From Vicinamibacteria bacterium (GTDB lineage Bacteria; Acidobacteriota; Vicinamibacteria; Fen-336; JAGNNV01): a DNA stretch of 64,000 bases. The DNA lies in the NCBI GenBank assembly GCA_031412915.1, contig JANODX010000286.1, positions 3,063 to 67,062 of the forward strand. Direction: 5' to 3'. Made by a program: the position numbers and the translations under genes. How positions within the stretch are numbered: the first letter of the stretch is position 1; every line of letters begins with the position of its first letter. Below the pieces are notes generated by a model. It made no database searches. It saw only the letters and a list, made by a program, of their open reading frames with translations, and was not told where the DNA came from. Positions 39,137 through 49,148 of the stretch are shown here, piece after piece.

Positions 39137-41665
39137 ATGAGAAAAATTCTCGCCGCGGTTGCGGTTCTAGTCATGGCGGTGTCCGCTTTTGCACAGGGAG
39201 GCGCGATCACCGGTGTTGTCATGGACGAATCCGGGGGAACCCTTCCTGGAGCCACGGTGGTGGTTTCGGGCGCGGGCGGTTCCAAAACCGCCTTCACCGG
39301 TACGGACGGCAAGTTCAGCATTGTTCCGGCCGGAAACGGGCCCTACAAGGTGACGGTCACCATGCCCAGCTTCGGCTCGCAGACAAAAGACGGTGTCGCG
39401 GCCGGCGCCAGCCTTCCTTTCTCGCTGAAGATCGCGGGTCTCGGTGAGACCGTGGTGGTCTCCGCCTCCAAGATCGAGACGACCCTGGCCAACGCGCCCG
39501 TCACTATGTCGGTGGTCAGCTCGGCGACGCTCGCGAGCGCCCCCAGCCAGAACTTCGGCGACATCCTCAGAAACGTCCCCGGGGTGAACGTGACCCAGAC
39601 CTCGGCGCGCGACTTCAACCTGAGTATGCGCCAGGGAACCTCGACCCTCGCCACCTCCACCCTCGTCCTTCTCGACGGGCGGTCGATCTACCTCGACTTC
39701 TTCGGTCTGGTCCTGTGGGATCTGGTTCCGAGCAACCCGAGCGACATCAAGCAGATGGAAGTCGTGCGCGGTCCGGCCTCCGCGGTGTGGGGCGCCAATG
39801 CCCTCACCGGCGTCGTGAACATCATCACCAAGACGCCCCGCGAAAATCCGAACACCACGATCACTCTCTCGGCGGGTACGTTCGGAACCAAGGGCGGGTC
39901 GCGAGAGGCCAGTGGCTCGGGAAATTCCTTCGGCGGGAACATTTCGTTCGCGAAGGCCATCAATGACAAGTGGTCGACCCGCCTTACCGTCGGCTACGTG
40001 AAGTCGGATCCGTATTCACGCCCGGTTGGCAGGATCCCCGTCATCCAGGATCCCCGCGTTGCCGGGAAGTGCAGCGGGGTTGCGGGATCCCCCAATTGCA
40101 TAGGAGGCGCAAACTATCCGGTGGACGGGACGGGTGCTGGGAACTTCCAGAACGACGGGACCGAGCAGCCGAAGTTCGATGCTCGCTTCGACCAGGACAT
40201 GACCAACGGCGGTCGAGTGACCTACTCCGCCGGGTACGCCGGCACCAGCGGACTCATCCACACCGGCATCGGCCCCTTCAACATCCAGAGCGGTTCTTAC
40301 ATGAGCTACGGCCGCGTCGGCTACAGCAAGGGCGCTTTCAAGATCGCCGCCTTCGGCAACCTGCTGGACGTCGAGGCCCCGAACCTCCTTCTGACCGACC
40401 CTGCGACCCTGAAGCCGGTGAAGCTCAACTTCAAGACCCAGACCTACGACTTCGAGGTCGGACATTCCAAGATCGTGGCGGAGAGGCATGTCCTTTCCTA
40501 CGGCGGCAACGCGCGCCGAAACCAGTTCGACATCACTCTCGCCCCGGCCGCCGAGGACCGGAACGAGTTCGGCGGCTACTTCCAGGATGAGTTCTTCGTC
40601 GACAAGTTCCGGCTCACCGTGGGCGGCCGGGTGGACAAGTTCGGCAACATCGAGGATCCCGTGTTCTCGCCGCGCGTCACCGCCATGTTCAAGCCGGCGC
40701 CCGACCAGTCGTTCCGGATCTCTTACAACAAGGCGTTCCGCTCGCCTTCGGCCATCAACAACTACCTGAGTCAGGACATCTTCACTCCGACCCCGGTCAG
40801 TCTGCCCCTCGCTCCCCTCGCTCCCCTCGCTCCTCCCTCCATTCGGCCGGCCCTGACCACGCCGTTCTTCTTCGTGGTCAAGAATGTGGGGAATTCCAAC
40901 CTGAAGCAGGAATCGGTGACTGCCTACGAGTTCTCCTACACGGGGACCTTCAAGGACAAGACCACGATCGGGATCGCGGTGTACCGGAACGAGACCGACG
41001 ACAACATCAACTTCGCTTCGATCCAGCCGTCGACTTCCTACCCGAGGGGGATCCCGCCCTTCGATGTCTACACCTCCGCGAACGCGCCCGCTCTGCTGGG
41101 GGTTACCACCCAAGGAGTGCCCGTCCCTGGCACCCTCATCGGATTTCTGGAGCAGATCGCGCCCCTCATCGGCACGACCATCCGTTTGCCGCGGACGGTC
41201 TCGACCTATTTGAACCTGGGACCGCTGCGGCAGGACGGCGTGGAACTCTCGCTCGATCACCGGTTCAATAAGGAATGGGCCGTCTCCGCCAACTACTCCT
41301 ACCAGAAGAAGCCGAAGGTTCTCAAGGCGGAGTCGGGCCAGATCCCGTACCTGTCCGACGAACTCGCGCTGCCCGCCCAGAACCGTTTCAACGCCAGCTT
41401 GAACTGGAACAGCCGGCGCTTCGTGGGGACAGTTCAGATGAACTACCAGGACAAGGCCTTGTGGACCGACGTCCTGACCTCGACCTATCACGGTTACACC
41501 GAATCGTTCACCCTGGTGAACGCCAACTTCGGGGTGAAGTTCAACGAGGGCAAGGTGACCGCGATGCTCAAGGCCCAGAACCTGCTGGACGACCAGATCC
41601 AGCAGCACGTGTTCGGCGACATTCTCCGTCGCGCCGTGACCCTGGAGGCACGCTTTACCTTCTAA
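39137..41665 (+). CDS. TonB-dependent receptor with N-terminal carboxypeptidase-regulatory-like domain
   Basis: ETVVVSASK TonB box, LLDGR, EVVRGPASAVWGANA plug, C-terminal Phe. Confidence 0.92.
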   Translation: MRKILAAVAVLVMAVSAFAQGGAITGVVMDESGGTLPGATVVVSGAGGSKTAFTGTDGKFSIVPAGNGPYKVTVTMPSFGSQTKDGVAAGASLPFSLKIAGLGETVVVSASKIETTLANAPVTMSVVSSATLASAPSQNFGDILRNVPGVNVTQTSARDFNLSMRQGTSTLATSTLVLLDGRSIYLDFFGLVLWDLVPSNPSDIKQMEVVRGPASAVWGANALTGVVNIITKTPRENPNTTITLSAGTFGTKGGSREASGSGNSFGGNISFAKAINDKWSTRLTVGYVKSDPYSRPVGRIPVIQDPRVAGKCSGVAGSPNCIGGANYPVDGTGAGNFQNDGTEQPKFDARFDQDMTNGGRVTYSAGYAGTSGLIHTGIGPFNIQSGSYMSYGRVGYSKGAFKIAAFGNLLDVEAPNLLLTDPATLKPVKLNFKTQTYDFEVGHSKIVAERHVLSYGGNARRNQFDITLAPAAEDRNEFGGYFQDEFFVDKFRLTVGGRVDKFGNIEDPVFSPRVTAMFKPAPDQSFRISYNKAFRSPSAINNYLSQDIFTPTPVSLPLAPLAPLAPPSIRPALTTPFFFVVKNVGNSNLKQESVTAYEFSYTGTFKDKTTIGIAVYRNETDDNINFASIQPSTSYPRGIPPFDVYTSANAPALLGVTTQGVPVPGTLIGFLEQIAPLIGTTIRLPRTVSTYLNLGPLRQDGVELSLDHRFNKEWAVSANYSYQKKPKVLKAESGQIPYLSDELALPAQNRFNASLNWNSRRFVGTVQMNYQDKALWTDVLTSTYHGYTESFTLVNANFGVKFNEGKVTAMLKAQNLLDDQIQQHVFGDILRRAVTLEARFTF

Positions 41666-41668
41666 AGT

Positions 41669-41702
41669 CTAGGGGGGCCAGACACGGACGCGGCCCCCCT
41701 AG
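41669..41702. terminator. Hairpin after the TonB-dependent receptor gene
   Basis: CTAGGGGGGCC...GGCCCCCCTAG 11-bp inverted repeat immediately after the stop; no clear U-tract. Confidence 0.45.
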
Positions 41703-41817
41703 CTAGGACCCCTCGGCCGGCGCTCGGCGGGACTTCATAACGCTCGGTTCGCCTGAGTGAATCGGGCGAGGCGGTTCACGGACTGCGTCCATGACGGTTG
41801 GAAGAAACGCCGGCCAA

Positions 41818-41953
41818 GGGTCCCTGAGCCTGCCCGCGCTGAGCTTGTCGAAGCGTCGAAGGGACCGCCGGTGGCTTCGACGAGCTCAGCCACCCTTGGA
41901 CCGCCAGCGGCTTCGACCGTTCGACAGGCTCAGGGCAGGCAAGCTCAGCCACC
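41818..41953. repeat. Second cluster of the same REP-like family
   Basis: CCCTGAGCCTGCCCGCGCTGAGCTTGTCGAAGCGTCGAAGGGACC followed by inverted CTTCGACGAGCTCAG and TTCGACAGGCTCAGGG copies. Confidence 0.85.
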
Positions 41954-42003
41954 GTTTCACCAGAAGTGCCTGGAAGGGGCCGTTCTGGGTCTGCGGCCCC
42001 CCG

Positions 42004-42180
42004 CTAGAACAAGGTATAGATGAAGGGCGCGACCGCGGTGCCCTGGGTGAGGACGATCAGCAGGCCCAGAAGAACGAGCATGACTCCAATCGGGCCCAGC
42101 CACCATTTCTTCCGAACTTTCATGAACGCCCAGAGTTCGGAAAGCAAACCGAGTTTCTCGCGCGAATCCTCAAAGGCCAT
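42004..42180 (-). CDS. Small membrane protein (DUF5989-like), below the ORF-track cutoff
   Basis: MAFEDSREKLGLLSELWAFMKVRKKWWLGPIGVMLVLLGLLIVLTQGTAVAPFIYTLF; RKKWWL.P and APFIYTLF signature. Confidence 0.85.
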   Translation of the reverse strand: MAFEDSREKLGLLSELWAFMKVRKKWWLGPIGVMLVLLGLLIVLTQGTAVAPFIYTLF

Positions 42181-42280
42181 TGTTTCGGGATTCTAGACGA
42201 CCGGCGGCCCGCAGGCTTCTGTAAGATCACACGGACAGTTGCCATGCAGACGCCCCGAAGGGGATCGGCGACTTCACCCT

Positions 42281-43660
42281 ATGGCCCCTATGGAAGAGAC
42301 TGAACGCACCGATCGACAGGCCCGTATGGGCTCGGAGTACCTCCGCACCCAGGTCCGTGCCTGGATGGAAGGGGCGGGGGAGTCGGGCCGGAGGAAGGAA
42401 CTCTTCGAACTCGAGATGTGGCTGCGTGCCCTCGATCGTTTCTTCAAGCCCGCCCACCACGCTCTCACCGATGAGCAGGTCAACGAACTGCCCTACCGCG
42501 ACTGGTCGGCGGAACTCTCGGTGGTGGATCAGTGCCTCCTCCGCGTGGGCCAGCTCTGCTCGCAGCTCCTGCCCCGCGACCGGGTGGATGAAGCCCAGTT
42601 CAAGAGATACGTCGACGGCTTCGTCCGGGAGTCCGAGAGCGCCGACCCTTTCTTCGAGCGTCTGCTCAGAGACGCGCGGCCGGAGGCGGGTCTGCTCGTG
42701 TTGCGGGGGACGCTCGAGGATGTGCGCCTTCTGATCGCCGAGTCCTTGCGGGGCGAGAAGACCCGCCTCCAGATCTTCGAGTCGGTCGGCCGGATCTTCT
42801 CGCGCGAACTCCGACGCAATCCCCCGCTCGCCGCCCTGCTCGACAAGAAGTTCAAGCCCATCTTCGACCGGGTGGCGAGCCCGGAGATCGCCGGCCTGAT
42901 CCGCGCGCTCGAGGATCCGAACGAGCGGAATCCGGTGGCCCGGGTCTTCCTCGAACTCTTCCGCATGCTCAAGTATCTCGACTTCGCGGATCCCGAGGGC
43001 CTGCCCGACGAGCGGGTGAAGACCGCGGCCTGCGTGTTCGCCCTCGTCACCACCGAGGCGCGTCACCTGGTCTCCTACATCGAGAAGCGCGCCCTCTCCG
43101 CCCTGCCCCACGGAAGTGCCGTGCGCGACGCTTGCGACTCCATCGCCTACTGCATGCCCATCGACCTCAACAAGGTGGTCCGGGTCGAACTGGCCGACCT
43201 GTCGGCGGCCCGGTCGGCCGAGAATGTGCGGGCGCGGATCGAGAATGCCCACGGGATCTTGAGGGATTGTTTCCAGCAGTCGGTGGTGCAGCTGGCCATC
43301 GCGCTCGATCCCGGGCTCACCGGGGTGCGCGTCTTCTCCGACTTCGTCACCAAGAAAGAGCGCTCCCTAGCGCTCAAAAAGGCGCTCGAGAGCCTATTGC
43401 GCGCAGCCCGGGATTTCTATGCCCGCGGGGACGAAGTGACGGCTCTGGCCCTGCGGGAAGGCACGGCCAAATTCTACGATCGCCAGTTGCGCCATCTCAT
43501 GTACCGGGATTGGTCGGCCTTCGAGCAGTTCTTCGCCGAGATCCTGAAATGCAACACGCTGGTGGCCCTCAGACCCATCACCCATCGCTACGAGACCTTT
43601 CTGCAAACCCTGCTGCGGGAAGTCGAGAAGCGCTCGGTCCTCCAAGCCCAGGCGGCATGA
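42281..43660 (+). CDS. Hypothetical alpha-helical protein
   Basis: Long ORF with host-like codon usage; stop overlaps the next ATG; no recognisable motif. Confidence 0.7.
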   Translation: MAPMEETERTDRQARMGSEYLRTQVRAWMEGAGESGRRKELFELEMWLRALDRFFKPAHHALTDEQVNELPYRDWSAELSVVDQCLLRVGQLCSQLLPRDRVDEAQFKRYVDGFVRESESADPFFERLLRDARPEAGLLVLRGTLEDVRLLIAESLRGEKTRLQIFESVGRIFSRELRRNPPLAALLDKKFKPIFDRVASPEIAGLIRALEDPNERNPVARVFLELFRMLKYLDFADPEGLPDERVKTAACVFALVTTEARHLVSYIEKRALSALPHGSAVRDACDSIAYCMPIDLNKVVRVELADLSAARSAENVRARIENAHGILRDCFQQSVVQLAIALDPGLTGVRVFSDFVTKKERSLALKKALESLLRAARDFYARGDEVTALALREGTAKFYDRQLRHLMYRDWSAFEQFFAEILKCNTLVALRPITHRYETFLQTLLREVEKRSVLQAQAA

Positions 43661-44856
43661 AGTCCCGCGCCAGGGAGTGGCGTCAAGGGCTTCTTCTCGC
43701 GGGTGTCTCGACCGCTCTCGCCCTGGTTCTGGCGGAGGGTGCCGCCCGGGTGCTCCTTCGGCCTGCCCCGGCCGGGGCGAGCCCGGGCACGCCCATCTCG
43801 GAACTGTCTCCGACCCTGGGATGGCGGGTGCGGGCGGGGGGATCGCAGCGCATTCGCCGTGAGGACTTTGAAGTCACGGTCTCGATCAACGGAGCGGGGT
43901 TGCGGGGGCCGGAGATCCCCTACGATCCCGGGCCAGGAGTCCGCCGGCTTGCCGTGATGGGGGACTCGTTCGCCCACGGCTACTACGCGGAGGAGCCTGA
44001 GACACTGAGGGGACGACTCGCCGCGGCCCTGAAACCCTGCCGGATCGATGTCCTCAACGCCGGATCGCCGGGCTATTCCACCGACCAGGAATGGCTCTAC
44101 TTTGGCGAGGAAATCTCCAGGTATCGACCCAGCGAAGTTCTGCTCCTCTTCTACTACAACGATCTTCACTTCAACCTCGAACGCGTGGGGACGGCCAATC
44201 GGTCGAAGCCCATGTTCGAAGACAAGGACGGGGCTCTCGAACTGGTGCTCCCGGTGATAACACCGCAAACGCCGGCAAACCAAGCCGCGGCGTCTGGCGA
44301 GACGCCGGCGGCGCCTCGGTTCCGGGAGTCGGCTCTTTGGGCCTACGCGGCCGCTCGAATGCAGCGCAGCCGTCCTGATTGGGCGAGGTCCCTCTCGCGG
44401 TATGGCCTGGCGCCCCTTCTCTCGATCGAGCCTCCCGCGGAGTACCTCCCCTTCGGGCCGAAGGGGAGGCGCGAGGAGTTGCGGGTCGAGGAGATGTGGG
44501 AGCGAACGACGCAGATCCTGTTGCGGTTTCGCGACGACGTTTCGAACCGGGGCGCCCACTTGAGCGTGTTCTATGTGCCCGCGCGGTTCGAGGCGAACGA
44601 CGAGGCCTGGACCTTCCTGCGGAGGCGGTACGAGGCCGATCGGCCGTGGACCCGCGACTCCGTGAGGAAGCGCCTCACTGACGTCCTCGGCGCCCTGGAC
44701 ATCCCCCTCGTGGACACGACCACCGCGTTCCAGGCCGCGGAGATGACTCGCAACCATGCCTACCTGGCCATCGATGGACACTGGAATGGGCACGGGAACG
44801 AAATCGCCTTCGAGGGAGTTCTTCCCATGATGCGAAGCGCCCTCGCCTGTGGCTGA
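43657..44856 (+). CDS. Membrane-anchored SGNH/GDSL hydrolase
   Basis: N-terminal TM, MGDSFAHG, NAGSPGYSTDQ, YYND, DGHWN. Confidence 0.85.
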   Translation: MKSRAREWRQGLLLAGVSTALALVLAEGAARVLLRPAPAGASPGTPISELSPTLGWRVRAGGSQRIRREDFEVTVSINGAGLRGPEIPYDPGPGVRRLAVMGDSFAHGYYAEEPETLRGRLAAALKPCRIDVLNAGSPGYSTDQEWLYFGEEISRYRPSEVLLLFYYNDLHFNLERVGTANRSKPMFEDKDGALELVLPVITPQTPANQAAASGETPAAPRFRESALWAYAAARMQRSRPDWARSLSRYGLAPLLSIEPPAEYLPFGPKGRREELRVEEMWERTTQILLRFRDDVSNRGAHLSVFYVPARFEANDEAWTFLRRRYEADRPWTRDSVRKRLTDVLGALDIPLVDTTTAFQAAEMTRNHAYLAIDGHWNGHGNEIAFEGVLPMMRSALACG

Positions 44857-46762
44857 TAGCGCCCGCGTCGGATGGATCGCCGGCGCGGTTGCGGTGTTCC
44901 TCACCGCACTCGGTGTCGCGGGCCTGACCACCAGGCGAATCGATGTCAATTTCGGCCCCGGCGACAGCGCCTTCGTCTCGGGCTTCGCCCCGGACCACGA
45001 GGTCGAAGAGAAGACTGGATGGCATTGGACGACCTACGCCGCTTCTGTGCAGGTCCCCTTCGAAGCGCGTGGGACCGACCTCGATGCGACTCTCCGATAT
45101 GCGCGCGTGTTCGGCGAAGAGGCCGTGGTCGACGTGACCATTGGCTCCGTTCGAACCGAGAGATTTCGGGCGCGGGGAGGGGAGGTGCGGTCGACGACCC
45201 TGAAGGCCGCAGGCGTCGCCGGCGAGGTTCGGGTGGCGATCAAGGTCGATTCACACGAACGGCGAAACATGGGACTCCGGATGGATCGCCTGCGGCTGGA
45301 CGTTTCCGCGGGGCCTGCACTCAAGCTCCAGTTACGCGCGGCCGCCCGGCCCGTGGCCACCATACTGCTCCTCTTTGTCGGCCTTCTCGCCGTGGGAGCG
45401 TCTCCGCTCCTCGCCGGCTCTTTGAGTCTGGTCGGGGCCCTTCTGTTCCTGGCCCGGGCCTTGGGCGATCTGTTCGGCGCCTATCGCCAGACCAGCCTCG
45501 CTCCGGAGATGCTGGTCGTCACTTCGATCGTCCTGCGCGCAGCCAAGACGTGGTTGGAACCGCATGTGGGAAGGAAGGAAGCCGCCTGGCTCGCGGCCAC
45601 GGGGCTCGTGACCATGGCGTTTCGCCTCTCGCTGATCACCCACCCGGATTTCTATTATCCGGACCTTCTGACCCACGCGCGGGTGGTCGAGACCATTCGG
45701 AACGAAGGCCCTTCTTTCTTTCTCCACCCAGACTCTGCCCTCAACGCTCAAGGAGCCTGGACGAAGCCGGTGCTTGGGCGGGTGTCGTCCCTGCCCTATG
45801 CCGTCATGTTTCATACGCCCTTCGCGATCCTGGCCTGGTTATCGGACCTGTCCACCGACCAGATCGAGACCCTGATGAAAGCGGGGGCGAGCCTGGTTTC
45901 AGTGGTTCCAATCTTCCTGGGCGCCTTGATCGCCGCGCGTCTGTCTCTGCCGCCATTGGCGGCCGTGCTCCTCTGCGTGATTCCGACGTACACCTCGAGG
46001 TTGAGTGTGGCTCTTCTGCCCGCCCTGCTCGGCCACGATCTGGACCTGGGGGTGCTGCTGGCGCTTCTGATGGCGGTGGGCAGCGCTGGCCTTTCGACCA
46101 GCGGCGGGGGCTGGTGGACGGCCGCGGCCCTGTTGTTGGGGCATCTGGGATACACCGCAAGTGTCGTGAACGAGGCGGTCTTCGTGGGCGTCCTCGCGGC
46201 CCTGTGGTTCTCGACCGGTCATCCCGGGGTCGAGACTGGCCTGCGGCTCCTGCTCGTCGAAGCACTCGCGGCTCTTTGCGCCTTCGGTTTGTACTACCGT
46301 CATTTTGTGGGAGACGTCTTCCACCTTCTCAGGCGGGGCCTTGGTCTCGTTTCCTCCGGCGATGCGGCGGCGTCCTCGGTGTACCCCGTCGAGAGTTTCT
46401 GGAGCGTCCTGTTCGAGCGCTCCCAGGCGTTCTTCGGCTGGCCCTGGCTCAGTCTGGCCCTGCTCGGGCTGGCGGTTTCCGGGCCGGCCCTGGTCCGATC
46501 GAAGCTCGTGCAGGCCTGGCTTCTTACCTATCTTGCTCTGATCTTCCTTCGCGCCAGGATCCCCGACATCTTCAGGTACGGGCACGAGACACTCTTCTTC
46601 ACACCTCTGGTGGCGATCCTGGCCGGTTCGGCCCTGATCGCGGGGTGGCGTCGAGGCGGGGTCTGGCGACTTCTCTCCATCGCGGCGGGCGCGGCGCTCG
46701 CGTCCGTGTCGTTCCGGCAGCAGTGGGTGGCGCTGTCCGCCCAGCTCGCAAACGCGCTCTAG
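44849..46762 (+). CDS. Polytopic membrane protein (possibly GT-C glycosyltransferase-like)
   Basis: More than 10 hydrophobic segments, periplasmic loop HPDFYYPD; function inferred. Confidence 0.6.
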   Translation: MADSARVGWIAGAVAVFLTALGVAGLTTRRIDVNFGPGDSAFVSGFAPDHEVEEKTGWHWTTYAASVQVPFEARGTDLDATLRYARVFGEEAVVDVTIGSVRTERFRARGGEVRSTTLKAAGVAGEVRVAIKVDSHERRNMGLRMDRLRLDVSAGPALKLQLRAAARPVATILLLFVGLLAVGASPLLAGSLSLVGALLFLARALGDLFGAYRQTSLAPEMLVVTSIVLRAAKTWLEPHVGRKEAAWLAATGLVTMAFRLSLITHPDFYYPDLLTHARVVETIRNEGPSFFLHPDSALNAQGAWTKPVLGRVSSLPYAVMFHTPFAILAWLSDLSTDQIETLMKAGASLVSVVPIFLGALIAARLSLPPLAAVLLCVIPTYTSRLSVALLPALLGHDLDLGVLLALLMAVGSAGLSTSGGGWWTAAALLLGHLGYTASVVNEAVFVGVLAALWFSTGHPGVETGLRLLLVEALAALCAFGLYYRHFVGDVFHLLRRGLGLVSSGDAAASSVYPVESFWSVLFERSQAFFGWPWLSLALLGLAVSGPALVRSKLVQAWLLTYLALIFLRARIPDIFRYGHETLFFTPLVAILAGSALIAGWRRGGVWRLLSIAAGAALASVSFRQQWVALSAQLANAL

Positions 46763-46818
46763 GCGTCCTGAAGCTGCCCTGTTTTGGCCTTCTGATAAGC
46801 TCACAATCGACGTGAAAA

Positions 46819-47610
46819 ATGGCTGAAAAGAACCCGTTCGCCCGTTTTCTTTCACACTTCGAGACAGGGAAAGTCCTGTTTCGTGAAGGCGATGCGGGCG
46901 AGGACATGTACATCATCCAGTCCGGCCGGGTCGCCATCAAGAAGCGAACCGGCGCCAACAAGGACGTCACTTTGGCGGTGTTGGAAAAGGGCGACTTCTT
47001 CGGCGAGATGGCGGTCCTCGAACGCATGCCGCGCTCGGCGACCGCCGAAATGACGGAGGCCGGCGACCTGATCGTCATCGCCGGCGACACGTTCGGCGAC
47101 ATGATCAAGTCGAATCCCGAGATCGCTTTCCGCATGCTGCGGAAGTACTCCATCCGGCTGCGCGAAATGGTCAAGCAGATCGAGACCATGGGCAAGCAGA
47201 TCGTCGACGCTCCCGGCTCGGCGTCCACCCACACGGCAACCGGGGGCCTGCCCTCGGTGGCGGCCCCGGCGGCGCCTTCCGAGGCGCTCGCCTACTTTGT
47301 CTCGAAGGCGTCCGGAAACGTGTTCCCGGTTTACAAGAACGAAGTGCTGCTGGGGCGGTTCGATTCGGTGACGGGGACGGCGCCCGACGTGGACCTCACC
47401 AACGAAGACCAGGCCCGCAACATCTCACGCCGGCACGCGCGGCTTGTGATCAAGGACGGCGCTTTTCTTGTCGGCGAGGAGATCGGGACCATGAATGGCA
47501 CATTCGTGGACGGCGAGAAGCTCGAGAACAACGTCCTGCATCCGATCAAGGACGGAGACGAGCTGATGCTCTGCCGGCTGGCCCTCACCTTCAAGGGTCC
47601 GCAAAAGTAG
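46819..47610 (+). CDS. Cyclic-nucleotide-binding + FHA domain protein
   Basis: FREGD, GDFFGEMA...PRSATA (cNMP); LGR...ISRRHA...NGTFV (FHA). Confidence 0.9.
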   Translation: MAEKNPFARFLSHFETGKVLFREGDAGEDMYIIQSGRVAIKKRTGANKDVTLAVLEKGDFFGEMAVLERMPRSATAEMTEAGDLIVIAGDTFGDMIKSNPEIAFRMLRKYSIRLREMVKQIETMGKQIVDAPGSASTHTATGGLPSVAAPAAPSEALAYFVSKASGNVFPVYKNEVLLGRFDSVTGTAPDVDLTNEDQARNISRRHARLVIKDGAFLVGEEIGTMNGTFVDGEKLENNVLHPIKDGDELMLCRLALTFKGPQK

Positions 47611-47611
47611 C

Positions 47612-48481
47612 TCACCGCCGGCCCTCCCGTACCGCGGCCTCGAGCGAACGCGGCGTCCATCCGAGTTCTTTGCGAGCGCGGCTGGTATCGAGCGACACGT
47701 CCCTCGGTCGCTGAGCCCCCGGGTGCGAGGTCCGCAGCGACCGCCGAATGAGGCGGGGGTCGAGGCTCAGGGCGAAGGCAACCCTCTCTCCCAACTCGAC
47801 TCTCGTCATTCTCTCGAAGCCCCCAAGGTGAAAGACGCCGCCCTCCCGGGGACGGAGGAGCAGGGCTGCGATGGCCTGGGCCACCGAATCCGGATCGATC
47901 GGAGTCCGCCATTCGTCTTCGAAGAGGTTGACGGTTTCGCCTCGCTGGAGCCTTGCCGCGATGCTCTCCGACGCGCTCAACCTTGGACCGTACCCCCGGC
48001 CGCAGATCAAGGCCACGCGGAGGATGGCCCAATACGGCGATCCGGCGAGGGCCGCGATCTCGGCTCGCCGCTTCGAGCGGCCGTACTCCATGACGGGATC
48101 GACCGCGGACTCTTCGGTCGACCAGGCCTCGTCGCCCCGGAACACCAGATCGGTCGAGATCGCAATGAGCCGGGCGCCGAGGTCGGCGCAAACTCCGGCC
48201 AGAGTGCCGGTGGCCACCTCGTTCTCCCGTCGAGCTCTCGCGGGGTCGCGTTCGCACACTTCCACATCCGCGAGCGCGGCGCAGTGGATCACCGCGTCAG
48301 GACGGACCGACTCCAGGACGCGCCGGACCGAGGCGTCGTCCGCCAGGTCGGCTACGAGAGTGGTCAGGCCCGGCGGAGCCGGCTGGGTCCTCACCAGGGT
48401 GGTTGTCTCGTGATCTGCGCCCAGCAGGACCGAAAGGCGCCCGCCCAGCAGACCGCCTGCGCCGGTGATCAGGATACGCAT
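47612..48481 (-). CDS. RmlD-like extended SDR (dTDP-4-dehydrorhamnose reductase family)
   Basis: ITGAGGLLG, ISTDLVF, YGRSK, LFEDEWRTP, RPRDVSLD. Confidence 0.82.
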   Translation of the reverse strand: MRILITGAGGLLGGRLSVLLGADHETTTLVRTQPAPPGLTTLVADLADDASVRRVLESVRPDAVIHCAALADVEVCERDPARARRENEVATGTLAGVCADLGARLIAISTDLVFRGDEAWSTEESAVDPVMEYGRSKRRAEIAALAGSPYWAILRVALICGRGYGPRLSASESIAARLQRGETVNLFEDEWRTPIDPDSVAQAIAALLLRPREGGVFHLGGFERMTRVELGERVAFALSLDPRLIRRSLRTSHPGAQRPRDVSLDTSRARKELGWTPRSLEAAVREGRR

Positions 48482-48533
48482 AGGGCGACCCTAAACGTAA
48501 ACTCCCGCCTTGATCGAGGGGCGGCCAGGAAAA

Positions 48534-49148
48534 ATGGACCAAGGGGTGTTCATCACATTCGAAGGGATCGAAGCGAGCGGCAAGAGCACGCAGGCCGACG
48601 CCCTCGCACGCCTCCTCGGGCCACGTGCGCTTCTCACCCGGGAACCGGGAGGAACGCCCCTGGGCCAGAGGGTGCGCGGCATACTGCTCGACGCCGCGAC
48701 GACACCGATACCCGATGTCGAGGCCCTGTTGTTCCTGGCCGACCGGGCCCAGCACCTCCACGAGGTGATCCGGCCGGCGCTTTCGGCCGGGCGGATCGTC
48801 ATCTCCGACCGCTACCAGGATTCGTCGATGGCCTATCAATCCGTGGGGCGGGGCGTGGGAGACCTGATTCCCACCGTGTTCCGCCATGTCGGTGGGCTCA
48901 TACCGGACCTCACCATTCTCATCGATATCGACGTGGAGATCGCGCTCGGGCGCTTGCGCGCCCGGGGAGCCGCGAATCGGCTCGACGGGGAGGCGCCGGC
49001 CTTCCACGCGCGGGTTCGCCAGGCCTTCCTGGATTTCGCGAAGGCCGAGCCGGAGCGGTTCGAGGTCTTCGAGGGGGCGGTCGAGGCGACGGCGTTGTCC
49101 GCCCGGATTGCGTCGCGGGTGAGGAGCCGGTGCGGGGGGCGCCTGTGA
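48534..49148 (+). CDS. tmk: Thymidylate kinase
   Basis: FITFEGIEASGKSTQ, TREPGG, DRAQH, SDRY.DSS.AYQ, PDLT. Confidence 0.96.
   Translation: MDQGVFITFEGIEASGKSTQADALARLLGPRALLTREPGGTPLGQRVRGILLDAATTPIPDVEALLFLADRAQHLHEVIRPALSAGRIVISDRYQDSSMAYQSVGRGVGDLIPTVFRHVGGLIPDLTILIDIDVEIALGRLRARGAANRLDGEAPAFHARVRQAFLDFAKAEPERFEVFEGAVEATALSARIASRVRSRCGGRL

Noticed and set aside
47612-48481. SDR as the missing OleD
   Set aside because: Motifs (ISTDLVF, FEDEWRTP, RPRDVSL) are RmlD-like, and it is separated from oleC by oppositely oriented tmk-holB.
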